A stretch of DNA of 64,000 nucleotides from Octopus bimaculoides (Eukaryota): NCBI RefSeq assembly GCF_001194135.2, contig NC_068992.1:33030773-33094772 (forward strand). Reading direction: 5' to 3'. The position numbers were made by a program, and so were the translations under genes. Below, one piece after another: positions 63,761-64,000 of the stretch; within the stretch, counting starts at the first letter, position 1; each line of letters starts with the position of its first letter. The notes under the pieces are model-generated. The model saw only the letters and a program-made list of their open reading frames with translations. It did no database searches and was not told the origin of the DNA.

Positions 63761-63819
63761 CTACTACTGTACAACTTACATCCCTTATAGAGATTATAGA
63801 ACTAGCAACCTTGCTTGTT

Positions 63820-64000
63820 ATCATCATCATCGTCGTTTAACGTCCGCTTTCCATGCTAGCATGGGTTGGACGATTTGACTGAGGACTGGTGAAACCGGAT
63901 GGCAATACCAGGCTCCAGTCTGATTTGGCAGAGTTTCTACAGCTGGATGCCCTTCCTAACGCCAACCACTCAGAGAGTGTAGTGGGTGCGTTTACGTGTC
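63820..64000 (-). mobile_element. Young (GAT)n-tailed SINE-like repeat, running off the window edge
   Basis: Reverse complement of the same family as 7820 and 21394. Confidence 0.88.

Overview
AT-rich, repeat-dense animal genomic DNA with seven N gaps (9293-9795, 21047-21393, 25365-25888, 34529-34606, 49199-49962, 55532-55613, 61168-61989). The SINE types, (TA)/(TG)/(TAA) microsatellites and LINE mix look like an octopus (coleoid cephalopod) scaffold; that is an inference, not a database result. I could not identify any intact host protein-coding gene. Every recognisable ORF is transposon-derived: RTE, Dong/R4 and CRE-like LINEs, several Penelope-like element (PLE) families, a Gypsy pol remnant with its 3' LTR, DD34D mariner, DD37D maT, Tc1 and a probable hAT fossil. 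The window reads as intronic or intergenic. Most notable observations: (1) seven hammerhead-ribozyme-like motifs. Five lie in PLE 3' termini from three families, and two are orphans. One family carries a compensatory U3-A8 core and another an 8-nt expanded core. (2) A mosaic LTR structure with three tRNA-Trp-type primer-binding sites and no recognisable gag-pol. (3) A ~780-bp palindrome whose inner half is much more symmetric than its outer half, plus three other long inverted repeats. (4) A decayed tandem array of tRNA(Thr)-like genes. All alignments, folds and identities were done by eye and need computational confirmation.
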